NCBI GenBank assembly: GCA_964057225.1
Contig: OZ059897.1
Location: 9,176,001-9,240,000, forward strand
Reading direction: 5' to 3'
DNA: 64,000 bases
From: Auanema rhodensis
Lineage: Eukaryota > Animalia > Nematoda
Of this stretch, positions 41,366 through 53,322 are shown one piece after another. Position numbers and translations under genes: made by a program. The stretch's first letter is position 1. Each line of letters opens with the position of its first letter. Under the pieces are notes generated by a model. The model made no database searches. It saw only the letters and a list, made by a program, of their open reading frames with translations, and was not told the DNA's origin.

Positions 41366-42775
41366 ATGACTAGTACCATTCATATTAAAATGATAGACAA
41401 GGAGGTGGAAGTAGAATTGTCGAGCAATGTTTTGACTCAAAACACCATCAAAAGCCAGTTTCTTCTTCCTTGGAATGCAGTTGTGTCATTGAGCTATGAA
41501 ATTCACGGCCGTCGGAAAGGATGCCCGTAAGTCATATTTTGAATTTTTTCTGATTTATTCCAATGAATAAAGAATGAACGAAGCTGGAACGGCATTTTTA
41601 CTTCCGGACAATCTCCAAGAGATGCACTTTTTTGTTGACTCCAACAAAATGCCTTCTCGACCAGCTTCTTCACTAAGTAAAGAAGGTTTGTATGATATAC
41701 GCTTGAATTTATTATCTTTCATTAGCAACATTAATTTGTGTGTTTGGTACAAAAGGGATTTTTACTTAAAATATTCATTTTAGCACAATTTTCTGACTAC
41801 GATCGGGATCGACCTTTGTCGCCTTACGTTTTTGATGGTATTATATTATATTTTGAATAGCTTAACAATTTATTGCTGGTTTTTAGAGAAACTAGCGGAC
41901 GGACTTCGCAAACTTCTCTTCTATGTTCCTCGAGCACAAATAGCTCTACAAGATCCTAAGAAAACTTTTGCTAAACCTATAGAAGATTGTCTCATTGAAG
42001 GTGGTTGCGTATCCCCAATTTCATCGAGAGCTGCTGTGACATTTGCTCACAAATCGCATAAAATTCTCCGTGAGTACGAAGAAGGACAGAATGATGAAAT
42101 CAATCAGCACAGTCTTGTGGAAATACGAAATTGTCAGGATCATACTATTCGACATATGATGAAGGTATCTTAAAAGAATTTTTTTATAATTAATTCAATA
42201 TATTGTAGGTCGTTGTAGTCGACGCTCATCACGACTTTGTGATTCTTCACTCAATGGACGGAAGCGAGATTTTCAAAGACTATCCGTCTGCTAAGCGTTC
42301 CCCTAAGAATTTCGAATGGTTTCTTGGGTTTGGTCTGAGTCATGAAACTCAAGCTGGGCAGCAAATTACTCATCGAACTGGTCGGATCTGTTCTGACACC
42401 GTGGACTATAAAGGACGTTATTTGGCCAGTTCTTCGATTGATGGGGGTGATTCCGGAGGCCCATGCTACTCTGCTGATCGCTCTCTTATCGGTATTATGG
42501 TATCCTCAAGAACAACAGAACCAAGGCTCACAAAGGAATATGATTGTGACATCACTGAAGAAGAAATCATAGACGCTTCTGCTAATCCAGCTGATACGTG
42601 GATTACTCCCGGCAATTTATTCATGGAAGCTTATAAAGTAATTTATCGTAAAACTCATAAATTCACATATAGTATTTTTTAGATTTATTTGATAAAGCAT
42701 GGTATTCTACAAGCTCGTCGAGAGAGAGAGTTAGGGGAACCAAAATCAAAGCGTCGAGCGGTTGCAACATTGTAA
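41366..42775 (+). CDS. Intact WOSP-like intracellular serine protease (N-terminal ubiquitin/TDP-43-NTD-like domain + trypsin-fold protease), 375 aa, 6 exons; probable Maverick cargo
   Basis: ttttcag|A ATG at 41366. Exons 41366-41526, 41573-41685, 41784-41837, 41887-42164, 42209-42637 and 42683-42775 are all GT-AG and sum to 1128 nt = 375 aa + TAA. Catalytic triad motifs AAVTFAH, HHDFVIL, GGDSGGP. No signal peptide; basic tail PKSKRR. Confidence 0.88.
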
Positions 42776-43329
42776 CGCTCATCACGACTTTGTGATTCTT
42801 CACTCAATGGACGGAAGCGAGATTTTCAAAGACTATCCGTCTGCTAAGCGTTCCCCTAAGAATTTCGAATGGTTTCTTGGGTTTGGTCTGAGTCATGAAA
42901 CTCAAGCTGGGCAGCAAATTACTCATCGAACTGGTCGGATCTGTTCTGACACCGTGGACTATAGAGGACGTTATTTGGCCAGTTCTTCGATTGATGGGGG
43001 TGATTCCGGAGGCCCATGCTACTCTGCTGATCGCTCTCTTATCGGTATTATGGTATCCTCAAGAACAACAGAACCAAGGCTCACAAAGGAATATGATTGT
43101 GACATCATTGAAGAAGAAATCATAGACGCTTCTGCTAATCCAGCTGATACGTGGATTACTCCCGGCAATTTATTCATGGAAGCTTATAAAGTAATTTATC
43201 GTAAAACTCATAAATTCACATATAGTATTTTTTAGATTTATTTGATAAAGCATGGTATTCTACAAGCTCGTCGAGAGAGAGAGTTAGGGGAACCAAAATC
43301 AAAGCGTCGAGCGGTTGCAACATTGTAAC
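42222..43329 (+). repeat. 553-bp tandem duplication of the protease 3' half (exon 5 to the stop codon)
   Basis: 42222-42776 is repeated at 42775-43329 with AC microhomology at the junction. Two visible substitutions (YKG>YRG, DIT>DII). The second copy lacks the His motif and an upstream acceptor. Confidence 0.95.
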
Positions 43330-43395
43330 CATTTAAGAATTGTTTCCGATTTTTTAATAATTTGTTTGTAAAATTTTTAATTTATTGTGTTAAAG

Positions 43396-43884
43396 GACGA
43401 GGATAACCATACGAAGGTAACAACAAAAGAACAAAACGTATGTCTGCGGTTCTACTATCGAAGATACCAAATTACGACGGAATCTCAAACGCAATTCCTT
43501 CTCGACAATGTTTATGATACTGAACCTTTTCTCTTCATTTTCTTCGTCTCACCATATATTCACATCCATCCTATCTGTTTTTCTCTCCACATACATACAA
43601 TCACCACTTTCTGAGTTTACATGAATATCCCGAAGGTTATCTGACCTTGCAACCAGCGTAGGATTCATCTGAACGACGACGCATATTTTCCATCCACAAA
43701 TTGACTACTGATCAATATCTATAGATCAGTGTTTGTTTTTTAATTTTCATATAAGATTTAAAGATATTTATATGTTGTAAGATGTTAACTTATTTTATTC
43801 ATTTGCTATGTATTTTACAAATAAATTATATATAGACTGACATGTAAGCTAAATGAAAGAAGCAGTATAATACTTACTTACAAT
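43396..43884. repeat. Right copy of the ~489-bp direct repeat
   Basis: Near-identical to 36047-36533 in the same orientation. Confidence 0.95.
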
Positions 43885-44129
43885 ACTATTAAAGAGAATC
43901 ATAAATTAAAACAATGAATTGAAACTCTGAATAAGTACAAGAATATTAATTTAGCAAGTATTATATATAATATAATTTGTAGAACAATATATCAAATAGT
44001 TGGAATACCAGTATATTAGAACCTGTATAGTTAATAATTGCTTCAAGATATTTTAAATATTTTAATTATTGACTAGAATCTATTGAGTATCAAGCTTGAT
44101 AGTTACATTTGTAATTGGCTTCAACTATT

Positions 44130-47100
44130 TCAAATTATTTCAGCAAACCATTCAGCAAGTTGCTTATCACATGCTGGGTCTATGCTAACTATATGTAAAT
44201 TGGGATAAATGAGAAAATAGAATAAACAGAATATGATGAAGCCAAAGAAGAAAAGCATCTGAAATTTTTGGAATAAAAATAATATTGTTTGTAGATTGGT
44301 GTAGAGCATACCTGCGAAATCCATTGAAATCGGTGCATTGATCTCTTTGTGAAACGGAATTCCATTCCAGCTAACAATCGTTCCACTGAAATTAATAGAA
44401 GAAATAATATTTTTTCTTTTTTAATCAGATACATTTTCCTTTATATTGTTCTTCTGATACTGAATCGGCTTCATCTCCAATTGAAACTGTTTGATATTCG
44501 CATTTGTGTTTTCTATAAGCATTTCATTTATATTTTTTTCATTATAAAATATATTAATCAGACAAAAAGAAAATGGAATGCAACCCATATTCTTATAAAA
44601 TTATTTAAAAATTAAAATTTTGTTTTCAAATCTTTCACGTGATATTCACGTGAACATAAATATAAACTTACTTTCCGTTACGTAGAATAACATTGTTATT
44701 CCCACGTGCTGCTGGAACTATAAGTCCATTTACTGTACGCGTATGTAACATCATTTGATTAACAAGATTGTGTGGTGATTCACTTAAATTTAAATTTATG
44801 AAAAAAAAAGAAAAAAATAACATTGCAACTTACTCTGCAACCTTAATGCGTTGTCTCATATATTTCACGAATGCTAATTTAATTAGTGATAAAAAAACAA
44901 TCATGAAGCATACTCCTGAAAGAAAATGAAAATATTTTTTAACTCCAAAATGAAAGAAAAATATATGATATAGTTAGTTACCTAAATAGATATCCATAGC
45001 TTTGATATAGCTTACTCTCGGCATCATCTCATTGTATGAGAATATCAAAAAGGTTATTGCGAGAATTATTGAAATCATATCCTAATTAATAATGCTCAAA
45101 AATGTTTTAAGCTTGATTAACAAACTTGAAACTCTGTTTCACTTTCCATCCATAATGATACCCATGATGTTATAACGACAGCTGTTGATGGTATAATTAG
45201 TTGCAAGAAACAAAATCCTGATGAACGTGAAAAAACAAAACATACATATAGTCGAGAATAATTTCCTAAAAAGATGTAAAAGGAGTATAAGCACTTAGAC
45301 AACACAAACGATTGTGAACTAACCCGTAGCATAAACTTCTGTTTGACTTGTTACATAAGCTTCTTTGATTGTGAAGTCAGGTAATCGTATTTTCATCAGT
45401 TTCAGTGCACTTCTAGATCCCGTTGACCATTTATACATGACTTGATCAGCAGTATATCCATCTGAATAACATCAAAAGTTTATTTAAATTTGATTATTCT
45501 CAATTATATACGTACAACTTTCGATTCCAAGTTTACATAGTTGTTTATCAAACGGAAATAAAGTTAAATCCATGGCTAAAATTAGAAATTTCATGACAAT
45601 TCTTATGATAATGATGCTTAGAAACTTAAAACATAATTAAAACTTACTACATTCACAAATTAATGAAATTCTACGACTATATAACAATTGACCATTTTCT
45701 TCCAATCTTAATTATATTTATTATTAACTTTGATTGATTTCAGATTAACCTTAATAAAGATCTATGTGATATACTATTCTTTTGTGGATTCTTAGATGCT
45801 ATAGCATTTGGTACAAATGTATCCGGAAACCAAAGAAAGTTTGTATAACTCTCATGTAATGCTAATTTCGTTTTATTTTTGAATAAAGTTTTATCAAATT
45901 GAAGACGTGAATCAAGCCATGATTCACGATAAAACAGCTCAAGTGCATAATCCTAAATTTGTCAGATTGATTAGAGTATCTACTGTCTACGAAACAGTAC
46001 CATAGTAACTTCTGAAACAGCTCGAATATTGCTTACAACTACAGAAACTTCAACAGTTACAGCTTCTGAAACATACTATGTACTCACATAAACATAGATC
46101 ATTGACTCAATAATCATTTTTAAACTTACGTCCATTATTGTTTTCAGGACATTGTCTATGATCATACTTGATTCGACGAAGGAATTGTAGAAAATCACGT
46201 GTTTCACTGCAATTATAAAGTTTTATATAATAATTTTAACTTTACAAAAGAAAAAGCTTATTGTTGTTATTATTAGTTAAAATCAAAGAATTATACTTCA
46301 TTCTATAATTCTGAAATTAATAGCTAAATAGCTTTCATGCAAACGCTTCATGCAATTATTTATTTAGATGTTACACTACACGCTTTTCTAGAACTGTCAG
46401 GCTAACATACCCAAATGTTCTGACGTCCCTGAAATTGATGAATATCGTTTAGATTTTACCTTTATTTCATTAACACCGAACGATATGTTAAAAAACATTC
46501 ATATACATTATACTTTAGAAGGAAATCAACTAGACTTACTTAACTAGAGTCGTCTTTTCAAAGTTGAAAATCAAGTTCTTTAAAAATTAAAGAAGTCGAA
46601 CTCTTTTTACTTTTTGTTCCACTTTTTCTTCAATATCGTTTTATGCTTTCAATTCATTTCCTCAATCTCTATGATCCCAACATCAACAAACTTAAACTCG
46701 ACTGTCCAGTCATACTTCGCCCTGCCATCTGGTTTGCTCTAGCTCTCACGTCGCGTTCCTGATGAATGGACGACTTATTCTCATCAATTTAGAATGGATA
46801 GTGAATGAAAACAAGCTCGACGACGTCAAAAGTTTGAATGTGACAATGTCCCGTTCGATCATGAACATCAAACTAATCCAGTCATTGTTCACTCAAATTC
46901 AGCAGCTCAAAGTACTGCCTTGTAACGATTCTTAAGTTTTGTTAGCTCATTTGTCAATGATAAATCGCTCTCTTTAAGATACAATAGAATTGAAATAGCC
47001 TTCTAATAATACATATAAGTATGTATGTATATACATCAATTAGTTTAAGTTTGTTACCATTTAAAGCAATTTTTATGTTACTTTTTATATTTTAGTTTTT

Positions 47101-47818
47101 CATTTTTTTCAGTCATTTTTAGGTAACTTTTGTTGATTTTATTACAAAAATACTATTTCAAAATTCATAAAATGTGTACACATTTCTTAAGACTATTTAC
47201 AAAATTACTTCAGGTTTTTGTAGATTTTTTCTTTAATATACTACTATTTGAAGTTCAAAACTCATACCTACATACATACACGTATGTATGTTTCATCAAA
47301 ATATATATAATTTTTATAAAATGGTTATACATACCCATAACTCTGAGCGAAAACACTATCACCACCCATAGCATGATGTTGCTGCATGACGTCTTCACGG
47401 TGATGAGATCTCATTGGAAAGCCACGTCTGAAGAAATGAATTAATTTTTTGAATTTTCCTCTTTTTTTTTCATTTCTGTTTGATAAATACCTCAAACTTC
47501 TAGAGCTATGAATTGGATCATCATCTTCCATTATCTCATCCAAGTCATAATCAATTCCAGGAACATATAAATTATTTTGTTTATTTTCATATAGTGGTTG
47601 CTGGTATTGTTTTTGTTTTTGTTGTTGTTGTTGTTGTTGTTGTTGATGATGTTGGTGTTGTTGATGAACATTACTGTCTTCAGGCTTAATATAGAATAAA
47701 TATAATGAGAAAATAAGCTGGAAGTAAGTTTGATACATACCGTTTTCCTAGCGTATCCACCAGTTTTCGTACTGGCTTCACTTATTGCCAATAATGTTAT
47801 TAACAAGAAAATAATCAT
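44130..47818 (-). CDS. exp-1: GABA-gated cation channel subunit EXP-1 (Cys-loop ligand-gated ion channel)
   Basis: About 15 phase-consistent exons: signal peptide 47818-47741, Q-rich exon 47684-47335, [18 protein letters not shown] 46206-46130, [27 protein letters not shown], Cys loop [17 protein letters not shown]1 [21 protein letters not shown], then [37 protein letters not shown] (ETE motif instead of PAR), and a TM4 exon ending [16 protein letters not shown] at 44130. Confidence 0.92.
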
Positions 47819-50800
47819 GGAACTAAAGAAATATCAAATAAATAAATAAATAAATAAAAAGAAAATTCAAAGAAATCAACAAGGATCGAAAAACAACGAA
47901 AGAAATCAGAAGGAATGCAACCAACGATCAGGTTGCGCTATCCGAAAGTAAGCTGACATCATATGCAAATATATGTAATTCATTGAATTACATATACATA
48001 TATGTTTAGAAAGTTTGAAATTTAAGTTAATTTTCCTAAAAAAATAAAAATAAAAACTTTTATTCACAAGTAAATGTTTTCGTTTGTTATGCTATATGTA
48101 TGTATAGTTAATGTCTGTTTCCTGAAGAAACATAGGGTGAAACGAATAAAATTTTTTTTTTCGAAAAAGAAAGAACATGGTTCAGATACGAAAGTTCTTT
48201 CATCGAAAAGCTGTGTGATTTCACATTCATCGCATTGCTCGATAAAGTGGCTATTGGAGACATCTGTTTGAGTACGTTATCACCAAAAAAAAGGCAAAAA
48301 ACCAAATAAAATGTTGTTGAACAAGAGAAAACGATGACTTAACACCTTAAAATAGTTCTTTGTTTAGTCTAATGTTTAAAACAGCTTTTTTTTTGTTTTA
48401 AAATAATGTAAACGAAATACAAAATCGTATTGATTGTATGATCAAGAATTCATGAAAAGTTTCGAATCATATGTTAATTTATAAAAAAAATAAGTTGAAA
48501 AGTCAAGTTGCATGTTATATATTCAAATTTTCAATAGTTATAAAAGATTTTGACATTGAGAAAAGTTTTTTTTTTGAAAATTATAAAGGATTTTTTATTT
48601 CCGTAACATGTTTTCTGTGAATTATAGATAAAATTGACAATAGCTGAATGTCTAATCAACTTTGTGAGTGTCAACGTTGCCATATAGATGAACAAGAACG
48701 GTGGCTTAGTGAAAATTTTTAAAAATTCCGCTTTCAAAAGCTTATATAACGAGTTAGGATGAGATTTTCTATTCTTGAAGCTTTTAAGTTGAATACAAAC
48801 TTCATATATATCAAGTCTCTGAGTCTAATTCAGTAAATGAGCTCTATAGAGTTTGGCTCAGTAAGAAAGTTTCAGTCAAATGTACCAATTTTTGAAAATT
48901 TATGACCAAAATTAAAAAAAAGTAAATGAGACCTTATGCGGCTATAAAGTGAAAAGATAATAATGAGGTAGAATAGAAATAGCTTTTGTGTGAATAGTTT
49001 GATTTTGCAACATTACATTGAAGAAGTGAAAGAGATAAGGAAAGGAAGGGAAGGAGGGAGTGAGGGAGGGAGAGAGAGAAATGGGACGGAGGGAAGAAGA
49101 AGCAAAAAATTAAAATTTGCAGAAAAGACGAAGCAAAACGTTAATGTTCCTAAACACAACAAGATCATTCGAAATTGATGATGGAAAATTAGTAAATGAG
49201 TCCAGAACCAATAAGAACGAAGAAAGAATAAATAGGAAAGCCTAATTTAGTTATAAGCTAAGGACAAGTGAACGAAAACTTGTCGAATAGATAAAAGAGA
49301 CATTTGGAAAGATCAACGTTTCAGAAAAAGTTATAATTGAATAATTTTTTAAAAAATTATAAGTTAAAGAGAAATCTTTTAACTATGTGAACTGAATAGT
49401 AAGCATTTTACAATTGACTTTTTTTCATCTGATTATATAGAAGGATGACGGAACGAAAAGATGAAACCTTAAAGCATTTTAGAGGAACTGGATGACTACA
49501 TACACATGGTTTCAATATCTCAGATCGATTGATCTAAATTCATAAAAAAGATTTAGAAGATTGAGAAAGTATCTTAAAAGAAGAGAAAGAATATATATAT
49601 ATATTCATATTGAAATATTTTATTATAGAAAAATATAAATTAAAAGTTGTAGTTAAACGTCATGTAAATATAATAAATATATATGTTTTTGTGTTATAAT
49701 ACATCCAAGAAAAAAAAAAGAAAATATTCCAAGTCTTTTCATTTTATTTTTTTTTTCAAAAATAGTAGTAAGAACATATAAAATAATTTGGAAAATAGCT
49801 GCATATTACAACTTCTATATAACTATATTTACATAATATTTCATATTAATATATGTTATATTGCCTATAAATATCTTAAAAGATCTTCAAAAGTTCATTT
49901 GTAAGAAAATATATTGCGGAGGTTTAGGGCCATTAAGCCAGCATAGAGCTTGGAGGGTGGAGATGAAAAAATTATTTTTTTTTTGCACAAAAACTCAAGA
50001 ATTTTTCAGTTGAAACTTCAAATAGCAAAATTCGGAGAAGCTTATATTAGAGTTTTTAATTTCTTTTTTTTTTGTCTTTTAGAAGCTTGGTCAAGAACAG
50101 ATCCATACATATATGTACAGGATTAACTTTCTTTTATTGTTCTAATAGACAAGACTTTCGAAATAAGCAATAGAAAGAAGTAAAAAACGAGAACAAAAAC
50201 CATAATTACTTCTGAAATCATAAAGTAAATGTTTTAAGGATTTTTCAAGACTAAATACATACGTATGCATGTCAGAATTTGTCAAAAACCTCGTTTTTTT
50301 TTCAAAAATCAGGACATTGTTCATTCGTTTAACAGATGTACATGGAAACTTAAAATAATTCCGGCGACTGCAAGACGGAAGCTTAGTTCTTGCCATTTTT
50401 CTAATTTTTATTGTGAGTTTTGCAAAGAAAAAAGTTTTGAATTTAAAAACTACTCGCACAATACAATATATTTAATTTCATGTATTATACATTAATTTGT
50501 TTAAGAAATGCTGGCGAAAATAATGAAAGAAAGAGAAATTTCTTCAGAAAATGAATGGACAGTAGTTTTTGTTTAGAATTAAAAAAAAACAAAAAAGGAA
50601 GTATAAACAAATTTAAAATATTTTGAGTTAATGAAAGTTTTCTGAATTTCGAACTGGTACATGATACCGAGTAATGAATAATACAAGGAAATTCTTCGAA
50701 ATTCAATGTCATTTGTTAGTTTTTCATTAAGAAACACTTGAGAATAAAAAGAAAAAAAGCATTGAGATTATGTAAAGTAAAGATCAGATAGAAATATTTT

Positions 50801-52066
50801 CAAATATATGATATGAATAGAAATTAGGAATTGAAAAGATTGCAATGTTAGATGACCAATGCTTCATATGACTTTAGGTAGGAAGTTGTATGTCTCAGAA
50901 AGGAACTTATTCAACGTTTAGATGACGAGAGAATATGCTCAGACTTAACAACTTGAGAACTTTTGATCTCAATTTACAGCTGAAAATAACTTTTTTTTTT
51001 GTTTGACTAAAAGGAATGTATATTCACATAGAAATACTGAATGATATAAAGTACTCTCGGGAGTCTTCCTATATTCTCATTTCAAACGATATGTATCGAA
51101 TATAACTTCATGTATCTAAAATCAACCTGAAACATTCGAAAGATTGAAGGAGCCAACTAAGGAATAACGACAGATTTGAACTAAGCAGAAGAACATGTTT
51201 CCCTCAGTCTCACTGATTTTTGTCCATGAAACCAGAGAGTTTTAAAGAAAATTAGGCGGATCTTTCAGATTTCAGTGATGTCTTTGTGTTCGGATTCTCC
51301 TTGTTATAGTACTAACATGTCCAAAAAAGTTCAACAAGAAAGTGCTCATAAAATACAGAAAATTATAAATAATTTATAAATTGAATTAACTAATTTTACC
51401 CTTTAGAAGTAGTATGTTCTATGAAATTATTTTTGATTTAAGTTCTTCAGTACTTATTAACAAAAGAAAATTTTTTAAAGCAACTCACTTGATCATTCAT
51501 CTAATATTTTTGACCAAAAAATATGAAATTCATTGTTTTTCTTTCATTTAAAGTCTTTTTTTTTGTTTCTTTGATGTGCTAGAAAATTACCAAATTTTTA
51601 AGAAATTGTTTGAAAAAATAGACATCAGAAATGAGAATATTTTATTTTAAAAACAAATAATGAAATGAAAACAATAAAGCTTATATAGTATAGTAAACCC
51701 GTGTGTTGAAAATTAATTACAACCGATATTTTTTTCTTTTTTTTTTCTTTTTAGAAATACATATGTATAAATGATCTTAAAGAGCATTGACCAAAAAACT
51801 AGAATGATTGAAAGATGAAAAACTAAATTAGAAATCAGAAGGCTAATATCCGAAAAAAATAAAAAACATCAAAATTTCTTTTCTTTTTTTTTTGATCGGA
51901 AATACTTTATCACATGTGCAGAAAAAATGATTAAGAAGTCAAATATACATACATCTACATGGATGTATCAAGTGAACTTTAGACGATAGATTATAGCTAT
52001 ATCATTTCTTAGAATATCTTAAATGAATACATCTCTATTTATCTATCTAGCTATCTATCTATCTAT

Positions 52067-53322
52067 CTACCAGCTATACATTCGGTTAATTTGACGGAAA
52101 AATATCTTATTATGTGGTATTAAACGTTCTCTTAATCTTTCTAAAGTACTACTAGATATCTGACGATGTGTTCGTCCTTTACTATTGCCTAAACATCTCA
52201 ATGAACTGGTAGGTGTCTTAAGAAAACAGAAAAATCCTTTTTTCTCATTGAAAACCAGCTGATCAATGGATACTGATGCTGGTAAACTTAAAAATGTTTC
52301 AACTTGGCGAATCTGTAAAAGGATGATGAAAATGATTATTCAGCATTATTCTTCAATGCATACCTCGTTCAATGGATTTCCACGAAATACATCACCATTC
52401 ACCAGCAATATCTGATTTGAAGGAAAATATTTCAACCAATTATCCAAATGCATATGATATATTGAGTTTCTGATTGGTTTGTAAGATAAATTCAATTCTG
52501 TTGTTCCAGGAATGAATACTTCTTTTTCAAATATCGGTAAACTTTTATTTGTTTTCATCTTATTATAATAAACCTGAAAAAAGTTTTAATTAGCATATTA
52601 TATAAAAAAAATTTAACTACGTCATATCCGTTATTTCAAATTTCAAGTAAATTTCAAAACTTTTTTGCTTACGTGAAATACGATTGTAATTTCACTATTT
52701 GTTCTCATCTCTTTCATTTTAGATTAAGATTCTATTTAACATTACCTGGGTAAAATCACTAACAGTTCTTTGAACTGGATCACGGATAATCAAAATTATT
52801 TTCATGTTGGGGTTAAGCTCAAATACTCGTTTAGGAGCTAGCGGACTCGTAAAATATCCCGGAGTTTTTTCTATTACAATCTGTAAAATAGAATTTTAAT
52901 AAACTATATAAATAAAAATCAATTTTTACTTGTTTGTCATTAGTTATAGGCATACATTTCTTGTACCAATCCAAGCCTTTTTCATAATTTAAATCAAAGA
53001 AATGAGTTTCTTTTACAACGGTTTGAATATTTGGATGAAGACTTAAAGCATCTAAGAGAGCTCTTGTGCCACCTTTCCGCACGCCAATGATCAAAGCTGA
53101 CGGAAGTTGGCCAGAAATATTCCTAAACAATCAAAATTTGGGTTCAAAAATGAATAAAAGCAAACAAAACCTATATGGATATACACGTCGACCTATATAA
53201 GCTTCTTGTATTACATCATTTCGAAGATTTTTATATGAAATAATGAATATAGAAACTTGAATGGCCACAAATAGAGCTAATGCTACACAGGCTGTTAATA
53301 AAGTTTCTCGGTTACAGATCAT
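52067..53322 (-). CDS. hst-3.1: Heparan sulfate glucosamine 3-O-sulfotransferase (HS3ST1/5-like)
   Basis: Five exons. N-terminal TM anchor; 5'-PSB motif LPSALIIGVRKGGTRALL; ETHFFD; IEKTPGYF; 3'-PB motif IIRDPVQRTVSDFTQ; KKGFFC...CLGNSKGRTH; stop TAG at 52069-52067. A possible 35-bp 5'-UTR exon lies at 57912-57878. Confidence 0.92.

Noticed and set aside
42762-43235. Second full protease gene (157-aa ORF in the track)
   Set aside because: It is a partial duplicate starting at TTG, with no catalytic His, N-terminal domain or splice acceptor.
36047-43884. LTR retrotransposon (direct repeats + integrase + env-like gene)
   Set aside because: The repeats lack TG...CA ends and I see no PBS or PPT. 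There is no gag, RT or RNase H. The integrase is Maverick-type and a capsid gene is present.
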